Below are positions 1 through 10,068 of a stretch of 64,000 nucleotides of DNA, piece by piece. Made by a program: the position numbers and the translations under genes. The notes under the pieces were generated by a model. It was not told where the DNA came from, did not search any database, and saw nothing but the letters and a program-made list of their open reading frames with translations. Every line of letters starts with the position of its first letter. The first letter of the stretch is position 1. Source of the DNA: a virus; the IMG/VR virus record IMGVR_UViG_3300030333_003061, positions 22,118-86,117 of that record. One strand, 5' to 3'.

Positions 1-415
1 TCAAATAATCATGTAGCATCTCAAATATATTAATATCGTAATCAACGGGAGAGTCTGCATTTGCAGCGCGTTCCCCATTCAGACGAAGCAAATAGTTAGT
101 CGTTCCTGCTCTCTTTAATTTACAAAGATTAAAGATACGCTTCGGAACATCCTTTTGATTCAAAGAAGTCAATATTACTTTACCTCTAAATTGTAGAAGA
201 GTATCTACAATTAAATCTACATTAGGTTTGTAATTAACTTCTTCAATAAGAATACCTGTGGTTGGAGGAATACTAAAATTATCCTCTATATCATATTCAT
301 CTGCATATCTAACTATGTAGTCATCACCAAGAAGTTCTAACGCCTTCGTTGTTTTTCCTGTTCCTGGTTTTCCCACTATTAATATTGGTTTATTTATATA
401 TTGATTTGTTATCAT
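1..415 (-). CDS. AAA+ ATPase, clamp-loader (RFC)-like, runs off the window edge
   Basis: Manual translation MITNQYINKPILIVGKPGTGKTT... shows Walker A GKPGTGKT and Walker B-like ILIEE. Not in the ORF track because it is truncated. Confidence 0.6.
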   Translation of the reverse strand, partial: MITNQYINKPILIVGKPGTGKTTKALELLGDDYIVRYADEYDIEDNFSIPPTTGILIEEVNYKPNVDLIVDTLLQFRGKVILTSLNQKDVPKRIFNLCKLKRAGTTNYLLRLNGERAANADSPVDYDINIFEMLHDYL

Positions 416-644
416 AATCTTTCCTCATGGGTTTTATTGTCATTATATCTTTATATTTTGCAAGGCACTTAGGGCATTCTATAGATAAGAAAAATACTTT
501 ACATTCATTTTCTACACTTATACATGATTGAAAAACAACTTGTAGAAATCCACATTCTTTACAGCCTTCTTTTAATGTTCTATGGGTTTCATTCTCTAAT
601 ATCCGAATATCATCAGCATCAGGTAATTCCCAATCAGGTAGCAT
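390..644 (-). CDS. small Zn-ribbon protein
   Basis: CKEC...CPKC pairs; overlaps its neighbours in an operon. Confidence 0.6.
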   Translation of the reverse strand: MLPDWELPDADDIRILENETHRTLKEGCKECGFLQVVFQSCISVENECKVFFLSIECPKCLAKYKDIMTIKPMRKDYDNKSIYK

Positions 645-1042
645 TATAATTCACCCTTGATTTCTAATATTTTATCTAAGCCTTCAAGTGTATGGTGTTC
701 TCCAGAATCTATAATCTTAATTACTTCTTTGAAACTAGGCCAAACATCTTTTGCGTCAGGTAAATTATCTGGAACTAAATTACACAATTTCCATAGATTA
801 ACTATACCACCAATACTCAAGATTGGTCTTGGTCTGCTCTTGTGTTCCTTCTCTTTATAGTTTCCGCTAATTCCTTTTTGTTCTAGGGTTCTATGTAGCC
901 CTAATATAAAATCTTCACTCCCACGAAAATTAACTCTTACTCTTACTCTATACCCAATATTTGTATTATTGGCTCTTGATACATGTATCTCTGGCTTAGC
1001 CATTGATAACAATATTCCTGTCAGTTGTCCATTATTAAACAT
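644..1042 (-). CDS. single-domain LAGLIDADG-like protein (probably degenerate)
   Basis: N-terminal QLTGILLSMA helix in place of LAGLIDADG, a beta-strand core, and a C-terminal HHTLEGLDKILEIK typical of LAGLIDADG proteins. The catalytic acidic residue is not evident. Confidence 0.5.
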   Translation of the reverse strand: MFNNGQLTGILLSMAKPEIHVSRANNTNIGYRVRVRVNFRGSEDFILGLHRTLEQKGISGNYKEKEHKSRPRPILSIGGIVNLWKLCNLVPDNLPDAKDVWPSFKEVIKIIDSGEHHTLEGLDKILEIKGEL

Positions 1043-1388
1043 TAATATCTACCTCTTCTACACTAATAAATTCATTCTTTGCTCTTAATTGCTTAAGACC
1101 TTCTGAAATAAAATCTATCCATTCTTCATCTATCCCATCTTCAGCATGTGTTTCTTCACCAAAAGGAAATACAAATTTAAATAACCATCCTCTTTGTGTA
1201 TCTAATGCTCTGGCTTTTTCTTCATCTATTTCTTCTGCTAATATCTTAACTGGATTAGCAAATATTTCTACACCCGCCTGTAATACTTCTAAATCTCTAG
1301 CACCCGGTTGTCCATAAAACATAAACGAAAAGACTTTTACTTTAGGCCAATATCTTAATACCTGTTCTAGCGTCATATCATAACTCAT
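1035..1388 (-). CDS. hypothetical protein
   Basis: ORF coupled to neighbours by overlapping start/stop codons. Confidence 0.6.
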   Translation of the reverse strand: MSYDMTLEQVLRYWPKVKVFSFMFYGQPGARDLEVLQAGVEIFANPVKILAEEIDEEKARALDTQRGWLFKFVFPFGEETHAEDGIDEEWIDFISEGLKQLRAKNEFISVEEVDINV

Positions 1389-1861
1389 TGATTACCTCTC
1401 TCCTTTAGATATTGTTTGTAATCTTTAGCCCATTCTCTATTATCTTCCCAATAACCTGATTGATTTCCTAAATCAGTATTTGGAGGCCAATGAGCCGCAG
1501 TTATTCTTTCATCGCCTCTCATTCTAGCATTATCTTCTGCTTCTAAGGCCGCATTACTAACTAAAGTTTCCAACCATTCAGCAACATAATAAGCCAAATC
1601 GTGAGATGTAGGTAAATCCACTTCTTCTTTAATGAGTTTCATAAAGTGAAAACGAGTCATACGCTTTCTATTGACGGGTGGGGGATTTGGAACAATTAAG
1701 TTTCCTTTTTCATCGAGATACGGAACCAATTTTGCATCCATCTTTCTGAATCTGCCCCTAGTTTCATCCCCAACCTTCTTCAAATACGCCACGCCATGCT
1801 CTATTTTAATACACATATAAGGTAGATGTTCTAATAGGGTCATTTTACCCTCTTCTATCAC
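1385..1861 (-). CDS. protein with C-terminal histone-fold-like domain
   Basis: YVAEWLETLVSNAALEAEDNARMRGDERITAAH resembles helix2-loop2-helix3 of archaeal histones. Confidence 0.5.
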   Translation of the reverse strand: MIEEGKMTLLEHLPYMCIKIEHGVAYLKKVGDETRGRFRKMDAKLVPYLDEKGNLIVPNPPPVNRKRMTRFHFMKLIKEEVDLPTSHDLAYYVAEWLETLVSNAALEAEDNARMRGDERITAAHWPPNTDLGNQSGYWEDNREWAKDYKQYLKERGNQ

Positions 1862-3403
1862 TTATATCATCTCCATGAGGTTATCCAGCGTATCAATATC
1901 GGCAGGGTATTTGTCGCGTCTAATTCTCACGCATCGAGGGAATCTAAGTCCAATGTTCCCATCAGCGTCATTAGTCACCAAATCACAAGTCACTTCTAAA
2001 ACTACGCGAGGCAAGAAATAGTAAGTATCTCCTTCATAATAATCTACATTCTTTCTAAGTTCTAAAGTCAACGAATCTAAATCCATGTCAGAAAAGCCTG
2101 TTCCGACTTTACCAACACTAACATATTTATCACCATCTTTTACTGAGATACCATAGGTTCCATATACATTGCCTCTTTTGCCTTCACCATACTTTGCAGA
2201 TGTAATTACTACATCAACAGAGATACGAGGAGGTTTATATTTTAACCATCCTTTACTTCTCTTTCCAGGTTGATAGGCCATATCAGAATCTTTAATCATA
2301 ATTCCTTCAAATCCTCTATCAATTGCTATGTTATATGCTGATTGAATTGTGCCGTTATCAAATCGTTCTGCTCGAAAGTCAGGATAAACTGCACTATCTA
2401 AATACTCTACTCTTGTTGATAGTGGTTCATCTAATACTTCTGTTTCATTCCATTTTAATACATCAAATACTACCATGTATACAGGGCATTCTTCTACTGC
2501 TTTAGCCTTATCCTTTTTGTGAACTCTTTTACCTAACAATTTATGCTCGGCAGGAGAACCGTCTGGATTAACAGGATAGATTTCTGTATCATAAACACCA
2601 CTAACCTTAAAAACTTCATCGTTTAAAATCAATTCAACAATATCAGGATATTGCTCGGTCACAATTTTACCCTTTCTGTTGAAGATAATTACATTATTCT
2701 TTACATCATCCCAATGAATTTGGTATCTATTCCCATCATATTTAATATCAACAATATAATTAGTTGGTCTTTCTTTACCCTTTCGGGCCTTAGCCAACAT
2801 AGGATTAACAAATTGACCATGCGTTAATTTACATTCAGGCGGAACTCCCATTTCTAAAGAACCACATATTTCTGATGCAGAATTATAATCATAATACTTT
2901 TCAATATTACTATCACGGTAATATAATTTCATTGCCTTTAGTGGAACCTTATTGTTCACTCCATTTCTTGGTTTATGTAGCCAATATCTAAGGAACCATT
3001 TCTTTTCTCTAGCACTCATTTTGTTAAGTGATTCAGAAAATAAAGTATAAGCATCACTATTTAATCTGCTACAGTCTAATCGAAGTAATGATAAAAATTC
3101 AAGTAAAGTAATATCAGAATCTTTTTCATTTCCTGCATCTAACTCCTTGACTCCTTCTCCAATATCTCCCCATATACTTGTATAGGTTTCTATCTCATCA
3201 TCAAATACACCAAGAGCATTAGCAATCCATGTTGTTGCTCTTTTACTACCAATATTATTAATAGGATATTCTTGAGATAAAATTAAAATGAGTGATTCTC
3301 TACTATCAAATGTAGACATAGATTCAGATATTGTTTTAGCCTTCATCGTGGGCGTTTGGTTTTCTAAAACCTCACACATACGAGCAAACTTTGCTAGAGT
3401 CAT
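1862..3403 (-). CDS. lig: ATP-dependent DNA ligase (archaeal type)
   Basis: Motif I KYDGNR, III DTE, IIIa VFD, IV EGIMIK, V WLKYK, OB-fold VGTGFSD and motif VI LRFPR. Confidence 0.95.
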   Translation of the reverse strand: MTLAKFARMCEVLENQTPTMKAKTISESMSTFDSRESLILILSQEYPINNIGSKRATTWIANALGVFDDEIETYTSIWGDIGEGVKELDAGNEKDSDITLLEFLSLLRLDCSRLNSDAYTLFSESLNKMSAREKKWFLRYWLHKPRNGVNNKVPLKAMKLYYRDSNIEKYYDYNSASEICGSLEMGVPPECKLTHGQFVNPMLAKARKGKERPTNYIVDIKYDGNRYQIHWDDVKNNVIIFNRKGKIVTEQYPDIVELILNDEVFKVSGVYDTEIYPVNPDGSPAEHKLLGKRVHKKDKAKAVEECPVYMVVFDVLKWNETEVLDEPLSTRVEYLDSAVYPDFRAERFDNGTIQSAYNIAIDRGFEGIMIKDSDMAYQPGKRSKGWLKYKPPRISVDVVITSAKYGEGKRGNVYGTYGISVKDGDKYVSVGKVGTGFSDMDLDSLTLELRKNVDYYEGDTYYFLPRVVLEVTCDLVTNDADGNIGLRFPRCVRIRRDKYPADIDTLDNLMEMI

Positions 3404-3572
3404 TATGAACTCTCCATTATCTTTTTCATCATTTCTTCTGCTTTATTCTTCTTGAAATCTCGCAAACATTTAACTACACAAGGAAAGCAAAAACTTTCAC
3501 TAAATGGTATATCTTTATTATCTATGGTTAATAGTTGTTCTTTATCTTTATTACATCTAAAACATTTCATAT

Positions 3573-3830
3573 TTATTCCTCTTCTGTTCTCATATTATCT
3601 CTTCCAAACATAACATTAATAAATGCTTCTTTGACATTCCCAGAAGAGATTTTTCTTTCGTTGTTGTTTGCATATATATATGCAGTTTCTTTAGATAATC
3701 TTTCTAAAAAGATTTCTACACAATTAGCCATTGTCATATATACTTCTGGCTTAACGAATGTTCCTTCATCAAGTTCATTCTTCAATTTCATCTTCATTAA
3801 ATTCTTGCTTATCTTCATTTTTATCACCAA
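3573..3830 (-). CDS. histone-fold-like protein
   Basis: ~80 aa with a three-helix pattern: ...VKPEVYMTMANCVEIFLERLSKETAYIYANNNERKISSGNVKEAF. Confidence 0.5.
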   Translation of the reverse strand: MVIKMKISKNLMKMKLKNELDEGTFVKPEVYMTMANCVEIFLERLSKETAYIYANNNERKISSGNVKEAFINVMFGRDNMRTEEE

Positions 3831-4023
3831 TTATTTTAGTAAGTGCTCGATGTAATATCTTTGCTTCATCCATATTACATCTAAACCCTTTACCTGTGGG
3901 TTTACCATTATCCCACCATCTTATATCTAAGACATCTGTTTTCCAAAATACTAGAGTTTTTATTATCGCTTCTTTATTCGCATCTCTAGGTATTCTAGCC
4001 CATATTTTTTCTTCATCTGTCAT
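3775..4023 (-). CDS. PC4-like ssDNA-binding / transcription coactivator protein
   Basis: LDIRWW...KPTGKGF signature of the PC4 family. Confidence 0.7.
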   Translation of the reverse strand: MTDEEKIWARIPRDANKEAIIKTLVFWKTDVLDIRWWDNGKPTGKGFRCNMDEAKILHRALTKIIGDKNEDKQEFNEDEIEE

Positions 4024-4432
4024 ATTCTAACTCCTTCCTAAATAAATCTAATTCTTTAGAATTATAGAAGTATTTAGGCGGAGCGAATTCATCAAGCCTA
4101 TTTGCTATCCAAACCGCCCCACCTAAACTACTTACTTGGACAATTTCATATTGCCCAATTTGCCCATCAATAACTTCTTTCGTTTCTATTTCTGGGACTA
4201 AACCATATAGTTTAGTTAATTCAGAACTAACGGCACTCATATTATCTGCAACATATTTGATAATGTGTGCTCGTTGAATTGGAATCTTAGCAGCAACTGT
4301 TATGTTTATTTTACCTGTAAACTCACAGGCTACGCAACCATTACCTCTTTTGCCTTCTTCTACACTACAAACAGGGCAGGGTATTTCAGCAGGTAATGGT
4401 GCTGGAAACTTAACAGTTATCTGTTTGCTCAT
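4013..4432 (-). CDS. hypothetical protein with CxxC...CxxC Zn site
   Basis: CPVC...GCVACEFTG; operonic overlap. Confidence 0.6.
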   Translation of the reverse strand: MSKQITVKFPAPLPAEIPCPVCSVEEGKRGNGCVACEFTGKINITVAAKIPIQRAHIIKYVADNMSAVSSELTKLYGLVPEIETKEVIDGQIGQYEIVQVSSLGGAVWIANRLDEFAPPKYFYNSKELDLFRKELEYDR

Positions 4433-4872
4433 CTTCCATTCACCGTTCTGTAAATTACTGTATAATTAACAGTAATATCATATGGGAAAGTAGGGAAATA
4501 TACTTCTGCCGTTCCATAATTTGGCGCAGTTCCACTACTAAACAACATCCCATTTTGGCTAATATAGCCATCGTTCTCAAAGGTGTAATTATTGAATATT
4601 ACAGTATTATTTACTATCTCAAAACTTAAATGAGTAGCAGTATAATTAAAACTAGAGACCTCCAACCATGTTGTATTAGTTCCTAATACTATTGTTTCAT
4701 AGGTTGAATTGTTTTCATCTCCAACTATAATTGTAAACACACTATTAAGTGTTGTCCATTCATTTATTACTTCTTCATCATCACCAATAATAGGTGGTTC
4801 GGGTATAGCGTCAGCACAACCCGCCATTAAACTTGCTACTATTAATAGCACCATTGTCTTATTTACTTGCAT
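4429..4872 (-). CDS. putative lipoprotein
   Basis: Signal peptide with lipobox LMAGC; several N-x-S/T sequons. Confidence 0.65.
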   Translation of the reverse strand: MQVNKTMVLLIVASLMAGCADAIPEPPIIGDDEEVINEWTTLNSVFTIIVGDENNSTYETIVLGTNTTWLEVSSFNYTATHLSFEIVNNTVIFNNYTFENDGYISQNGMLFSSGTAPNYGTAEVYFPTFPYDITVNYTVIYRTVNGR

Positions 4873-4936
4873 TGTTTTTCCTCCAATCTACAATTCTTTA
4901 TGTGTTCTCTCCAAGGAATAATTTCATCATGAATAC

Positions 4937-5398
4937 TCATTCTTCTTCATCCTCTTTAACCCACATAAATTGACTAAATTCTTGAAAGTGTTCACCGTTT
5001 GGCCCCACTCTAAAGAATATAGACATTTCTTCATTGTTACCAATGACTGTTGCCTTATCTAAGTATCGTTCCCACATACCAATTGTTCTTAAATCCGTTC
5101 CACTAAAATAAGCAGAACCAAATGGATGAGTGTGAATCCACTCTTTCAAAGGAAGTTTCATTCCTGGTAATTGGTCTTCTTGACCTTCAAAAGATACAAA
5201 ACCAGGAGTTCCGACACTAATGAATAATTTATCATTATTATCAATTACTACTTGAACTTCTCTCGGTTTATCAAAGGCTTCTTGAGACATTTCCCAAATC
5301 TTAGAATGGAAAAATATATTCCAATCATGCCCATAAGATTCTTCAATTTGTTCTTTCCAGTCATCTATCTTAATTTGCATTTCGCTATCACCCATCAT
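4937..5398 (-). CDS. JAB/MPN+ (JAMM) metalloprotease
   Basis: RE...WIHTHPFGSAYFSGTD matches E-x(n)-HxH-x7-S-x2-D. The start is probably 5398 or 5380 rather than the track start. Confidence 0.8.
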   Translation of the reverse strand: MMGDSEMQIKIDDWKEQIEESYGHDWNIFFHSKIWEMSQEAFDKPREVQVVIDNNDKLFISVGTPGFVSFEGQEDQLPGMKLPLKEWIHTHPFGSAYFSGTDLRTIGMWERYLDKATVIGNNEEMSIFFRVGPNGEHFQEFSQFMWVKEDEEE

Positions 5399-5730
5399 TG
5401 TATTGACCACCAATATCCAATTATCATTGCACCTATTAATACACAGGTAGTAATTACCCAATCAACTTTTGATGCCATTTCTGTTTCAGGAAAAGGTTCG
5501 CTCTGATAAGGTATATCTTCTACGATATCATCTTCAATAATATCAAAGATTGTTTCTGGCCACTTTTGACCTGTATGACTTCGATATTTACTTCTAACTG
5601 AGGGAACTGTTCTATTTTCCCATCCTGTCGCTATCATCTTCTCAGATGTTTCTTCTAAGGAAAAGCCCTTTTCAGCACACATTTCCATATATTCTACTTG
5701 TTCTTCTGTCCATTTACTCATATAGTTCAC
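5395..5730 (-). CDS. Myb/SANT-like HTH protein with C-terminal transmembrane helix
   Basis: KWTEEQ...RTVPSVRSK; hydrophobic C-terminus WVITTCVLIGAMIIGYWW. Confidence 0.55.
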   Translation of the reverse strand: MNYMSKWTEEQVEYMEMCAEKGFSLEETSEKMIATGWENRTVPSVRSKYRSHTGQKWPETIFDIIEDDIVEDIPYQSEPFPETEMASKVDWVITTCVLIGAMIIGYWWSIQ

Positions 5731-6391
5731 CTTTCAATTTATTTATTTTTGCTCTTATTTTTGCATTTCTTTTTGCTTGTTTTCTTTCCTTTCTGTTTTT
5801 AAGGAATATGTATAGTTTATCCAGCCATGTTAATTTAGTTTCGCCAGGGATAATTTTCACGATTGAATTATTTATCAACGCTGTATGTAAATCAGGGTTA
5901 TACTTTCTTAATCTAGCAAGACGGGTATGACAGCCTTTAACTGACCTACCTAAGTGGTTTGCTACTTTAGTTTGAACTTCTTCATCGGCTGTCCATTGAG
6001 CCACTAAATACTGTTCATCTGCTGTTGTCCATGATTTACCAGAATTTCTGGGTCTTGGCATATTTGACTTTAATGAGAAACTTGCTGCTTCATGGCCTTC
6101 TACTATAGTACCATCTACTTCGGTTTCTTCTTCTAATTCATCAAAGTTAATTATTCCTTCACCATCTAGTGGATTAAATTTAATACCCACAGGAATACCT
6201 GTAGTTCTATTCTTTCTAGTTAATCCGTATTCTTTTAGGATTAAATGTTTTTGTCCATGAACTGCACTCGCAGTTCGCTTATTATCGAATTTTTCATTTA
6301 GTAGTTTTACTACTTCATGAACATCCATTCCTTCTTCTAAAGCAAGATTCATCATGTAATCTTTTTCTTTCTTAGTCCATCTTACAGTCAT
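5714..6391 (-). CDS. protein with two Myb/SANT-like HTH repeats
   Basis: RWTKKE...RTASAV and SWTTADE...LGRSVKGC. Confidence 0.55.
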   Translation of the reverse strand: MTVRWTKKEKDYMMNLALEEGMDVHEVVKLLNEKFDNKRTASAVHGQKHLILKEYGLTRKNRTTGIPVGIKFNPLDGEGIINFDELEEETEVDGTIVEGHEAASFSLKSNMPRPRNSGKSWTTADEQYLVAQWTADEEVQTKVANHLGRSVKGCHTRLARLRKYNPDLHTALINNSIVKIIPGETKLTWLDKLYIFLKNRKERKQAKRNAKIRAKINKLKGELYE

Positions 6392-6963
6392 ATATTAATC
6401 ACCATTTTGTCTTTAATTTGTTCCCCATTATTCCATCTTTGCACCCATTGCGCTCCAATCCCTGCTATTGCAACATGAGTGAAATGTAAGTCTTTCTTAT
6501 CTAATGTATCATTAAATGCTTCACCTTGACAAGAGAATGAACCTTCTGGCCCACTTAGAAAGGTATCACATAGTTTTGGGTCAGCCAAATAACTAATCAA
6601 AGCACCATTTCTCCCTTGCGCTCTTAAGTCAAGCCATTGCGCTTTACAGTTAGATTGAAAGCCTTGCCTATAAACAAGTCGTCTCACATCTAAATTGTCG
6701 GCGCAACAAATAATTAAATCATACCCATTAAGTTGTTTGTCAGTGAGAATGGGATAAGGCAATCTCGTACAAGGATAAGACAATTCCAAACTATTGACCT
6801 TTGCTGCACCTAATTGATGCATTCCAAAGTTCTGATACGATACATTCTTTTCCTCTACAATATCTGGGTCTGCTATTGTAATATCATAGTTATCCGTCTT
6901 TAATAGTAAAGGGGTTAAATAACTACCTATACCACCTACTCCTATAATCAAGATTCTGCGCAT
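6388..6963 (-). CDS. ThiF/MoeB/E1-like adenylyltransferase
   Basis: ILIIGVGGIGS nucleotide-binding loop, DPDIVEEKN..YQ, CADN..R, candidate catalytic Cys in FSCQ. Confidence 0.85.
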   Translation of the reverse strand: MRRILIIGVGGIGSYLTPLLLKTDNYDITIADPDIVEEKNVSYQNFGMHQLGAAKVNSLELSYPCTRLPYPILTDKQLNGYDLIICCADNLDVRRLVYRQGFQSNCKAQWLDLRAQGRNGALISYLADPKLCDTFLSGPEGSFSCQGEAFNDTLDKKDLHFTHVAIAGIGAQWVQRWNNGEQIKDKMVINI

Positions 6964-7092
6964 CCGCAATCCTCTCCTGTACAACCCTTTAAACTCATAA
7001 ACATATTATACCAATACATTGCTGGTTTTTCTGGGTATCTTTCTAAATCTTCCATTTCTTTCGCCATTTTCATATACATTTCTTTTACTTGT

Positions 7093-8055
7093 CTATCCAT
7101 ATCTTACACCTGCTATAAATTGTTCTATTCTCATTCTCTTCAATTCTTTTTTGTTTGTATTTAAAATACCATATAGTTTTCTCATATTATCTCTTAGTCC
7201 TATTTCAGAGCATCCACAACTAGATGCTATTTCTGATTGAGTGTATTCTGGCCACCCGCCTCTTGTTCTCAATAAGCAAGTTATCCAGAATGATGCCGCT
7301 AAATGATTTTTAGAAAAATGCATATTTCTTTCAGTCACTTGAGTATAAACATATTCTGCTATAGTTCTAGTATCAGAAACAAATTCTCTTTCTCTAGTTT
7401 TTGTTCTGAATACATTAGACTGTTTTAATAAATCAACAGTTGCTTTTTCAATCATATTAGGTAAAGAATTCTGATGTAATAACCAAGGCTTCTTTAATTC
7501 TCTAGCAAAATATCTCGCTGCTTTTGATACAGATTGAGGGTTTTCACCATTATTCTTAGCAAGTTCTTGCAATGAAACAGATATACCATTTTCTTTTAGG
7601 ACTAAGAAAACTATTGCGGTTGCTCTAGTTCCTACTGTCCATCTGTAGGTATGTCTATCCTTAAAGAATGTTTTATAATAACTATAGGTTCTTTCCTTTA
7701 GATTATTATTAGGTAGCCATGGAGACAAAATCATATTACATTCTAGAATACCTTTACCCATATTCTTTATAGATTTATCTTGAAGCCAAGATTGATTTCT
7801 TCTTAGTCTAGAAACTAATTTCTTATTCATAGAAGAATCTACTGTTTGACCCATAATTGAACCCAATTCTCCTCTATCTCCTGAGCGAATAATTAATTCA
7901 CCATTTTCCATAGATACATTACTTACAGTTTCTTCAAATAAATGAGAAACCATTACATATCCACAGTCGGAACAAACTCTTTCACCTAACTTATCATCAA
8001 TATAGTTAGATTCACTTTTACATAAATCACATATCATCATGTTATCACAGCCCAA
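7093..8055 (-). CDS. tfb: transcription initiation factor IIB (TFB)
   Basis: N-terminal Zn ribbon CDLC...GERVCSDCGYV followed by two cyclin-like repeats ending TQSEIASSCGCSEIGLR. Confidence 0.85.
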   Translation of the reverse strand: MGCDNMMICDLCKSESNYIDDKLGERVCSDCGYVMVSHLFEETVSNVSMENGELIIRSGDRGELGSIMGQTVDSSMNKKLVSRLRRNQSWLQDKSIKNMGKGILECNMILSPWLPNNNLKERTYSYYKTFFKDRHTYRWTVGTRATAIVFLVLKENGISVSLQELAKNNGENPQSVSKAARYFARELKKPWLLHQNSLPNMIEKATVDLLKQSNVFRTKTREREFVSDTRTIAEYVYTQVTERNMHFSKNHLAASFWITCLLRTRGGWPEYTQSEIASSCGCSEIGLRDNMRKLYGILNTNKKELKRMRIEQFIAGVRYG

Positions 8056-9350
8056 GGAGCATCTTTATCTAAATTATCGAAATCATCAAATCTAGATTCT
8101 ATTCTTCCTTCTCTAACAGGTTTAGGAATATATTTTGCTATAGTATATACTAACTTCAATGTTACATCATCATTTAATAGAGCCAATGCTCTTGCAGCAT
8201 ATTGGTCTCCAACACTAGAGTTATCATGGATATTATCAATACAAATTGGCCCTCTTAGATTCCCATTATAGAATGTATTTTTTAGGTTATGTCTATTTCT
8301 AGGAACATATTCATTCCCTTCAACATGATTTTCTGCAAGTTCTAATTCATAAGATTCTGAAGTAATAAATGCATAGGTCTTAACCTTTTGAATAGCAGTT
8401 TTATATGTAGAATCAATAATTACCCAATCACATAGTTTTCCTCTAATACACATAATCGTGTTCTTTTCAAACTCAAAGAGTTTAATTCTGTTTGGGTATT
8501 TAACCGTTAGACTTTGCATTAATTCTCTTGCTCTATTCTCGACTAACTCTTGTGTTCTATTTTGAGACAAGAATTCCATCATTAGTTTCTCTTGAGATTC
8601 TGATGGAGGCTTCCCCATTAATATTGTCCATATTTTCTTAGGAGATTTATACGCCCACTTCTTCGCTCTAGAATGACCATGATAAAAATAGTTAATGAAT
8701 ACATCTAAATCTTTAATTGATATTGGTGCCCAAACTCCATCTGATATTTCTAATGCGCATTCTTCTGCACTAATCATTTGAGTATTAAGTCTAACTTCTG
8801 TCTTCTCAGAATCACCTGGAATGAAAAACCAATAAGGCGTTCTATTTTCTAATGCATAAGATACATTTTCTGGAAGAGTTATCATCTTAAAAACATAATC
8901 AGTTAAAACTAATCCATCTTTTTCAAAACAAGAACGATACACTCCTCTTGAAAGAGCAATCATCAAGTTTCTTTTTGTCATTCTATTTCCTAATAGATTA
9001 TAGTATGGGTTAGTTTTGTTTATGATAAATGTTGCCGGAGTTCCGTCTTCAAACGGAGAATTAATAAACTTGAATTTTACAGAGAATTCTTTTGGTGCAG
9101 CAGAATAACTTCTACTTCCCCAACCCAAGTTATTTTGTAATTCTTTCTTAATTGAAAGAATCATTGGTTCTCCTTTAGTAGCCTGTCTACTTAGTTTAAT
9201 TGGCCAGACTAATGTTCTATTAATATTTGATAAACTTCTTATTTGATATGTAGACTCAATATTAACTAATGTACTATAATATGTATCTCTTTCGTCATCT
9301 GCAGTATGGATTCTTATTTCTACTTCATAGGAATAAATATAATCATTCAT
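8037..9350 (-). CDS. hypothetical protein (437 aa)
   Basis: Long ORF in the operon; C-terminal RGKL...PICID...GDQYAARALALLND motif. Confidence 0.7.
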   Translation of the reverse strand: MNDYIYSYEVEIRIHTADDERDTYYSTLVNIESTYQIRSLSNINRTLVWPIKLSRQATKGEPMILSIKKELQNNLGWGSRSYSAAPKEFSVKFKFINSPFEDGTPATFIINKTNPYYNLLGNRMTKRNLMIALSRGVYRSCFEKDGLVLTDYVFKMITLPENVSYALENRTPYWFFIPGDSEKTEVRLNTQMISAEECALEISDGVWAPISIKDLDVFINYFYHGHSRAKKWAYKSPKKIWTILMGKPPSESQEKLMMEFLSQNRTQELVENRARELMQSLTVKYPNRIKLFEFEKNTIMCIRGKLCDWVIIDSTYKTAIQKVKTYAFITSESYELELAENHVEGNEYVPRNRHNLKNTFYNGNLRGPICIDNIHDNSSVGDQYAARALALLNDDVTLKLVYTIAKYIPKPVREGRIESRFDDFDNLDKDAPWAVIT

Positions 9351-9631
9351 TCCTCTTCCCCCAAGCCTAAAGTTTTTCTCAAATATTCAGGATTAACTCC
9401 ATCCATATAAATATGGACAATTATTGCTGCTTTAGGCAATCTATAAAAATTAGCCCAAGACATAATCTCTCCTTCAATTTTAGGTCGCTTTAATCCTAAA
9501 GGCTGAGACTTATTATATCCATATCCGTCATTATGCTTAGAAGCATATAGTTTCTTTTCTTTTAGCATATTTCTATAAACTTTAATGAGTTCACTCGTAT
9601 GCAAATTAGTATAAAGTTCTACATCATTCAT
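9347..9631 (-). CDS. hypothetical protein
   Basis: Operonic ATGA overlap. Confidence 0.55.
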   Translation of the reverse strand: MNDVELYTNLHTSELIKVYRNMLKEKKLYASKHNDGYGYNKSQPLGLKRPKIEGEIMSWANFYRLPKAAIIVHIYMDGVNPEYLRKTLGLGEEE

Positions 9632-10068
9632 TTAAAATTCACCGTCACAAATTCTACTTGTTCATTTCTTTTACTCTGAAATATATCCTGTGTTGTTATA
9701 TTAAACAGAATTATTTCCTTTCTTTTCTTTTGAGGATTAAATTTAAACTTCCAATAGATATGATGGTCATTCCATTTTGCCCCTTGAGTTGGAACTCTAA
9801 CCTTTGGCCAGGTTCCATTATAGAATTTTTCTATACTAGAACAATCTTTCAATATTTGTTCATTACTCATATCAGGAAAATACTTTTCCATTCTTTCCAT
9901 AAACTTCGGAGTCATTACGACCCAAAAGAACTGTTTGCTATTAGGCTTAGTTACTTTATGCTCCTCTGAAGAATAAGTAATATACTTTCTAGCACCACAT
10001 GCACTACAAACTAAATTACCCCATTCTAACAAAAAATTATCATTTCCACATTTACATTTCATCTTCAT
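9628..10068 (-). CDS. hypothetical protein with N-terminal Zn ribbon
   Basis: CKCG...VCSACG. Confidence 0.6.
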   Translation of the reverse strand: MKMKCKCGNDNFLLEWGNLVCSACGARKYITYSSEEHKVTKPNSKQFFWVVMTPKFMERMEKYFPDMSNEQILKDCSSIEKFYNGTWPKVRVPTQGAKWNDHHIYWKFKFNPQKKRKEIILFNITTQDIFQSKRNEQVEFVTVNFK

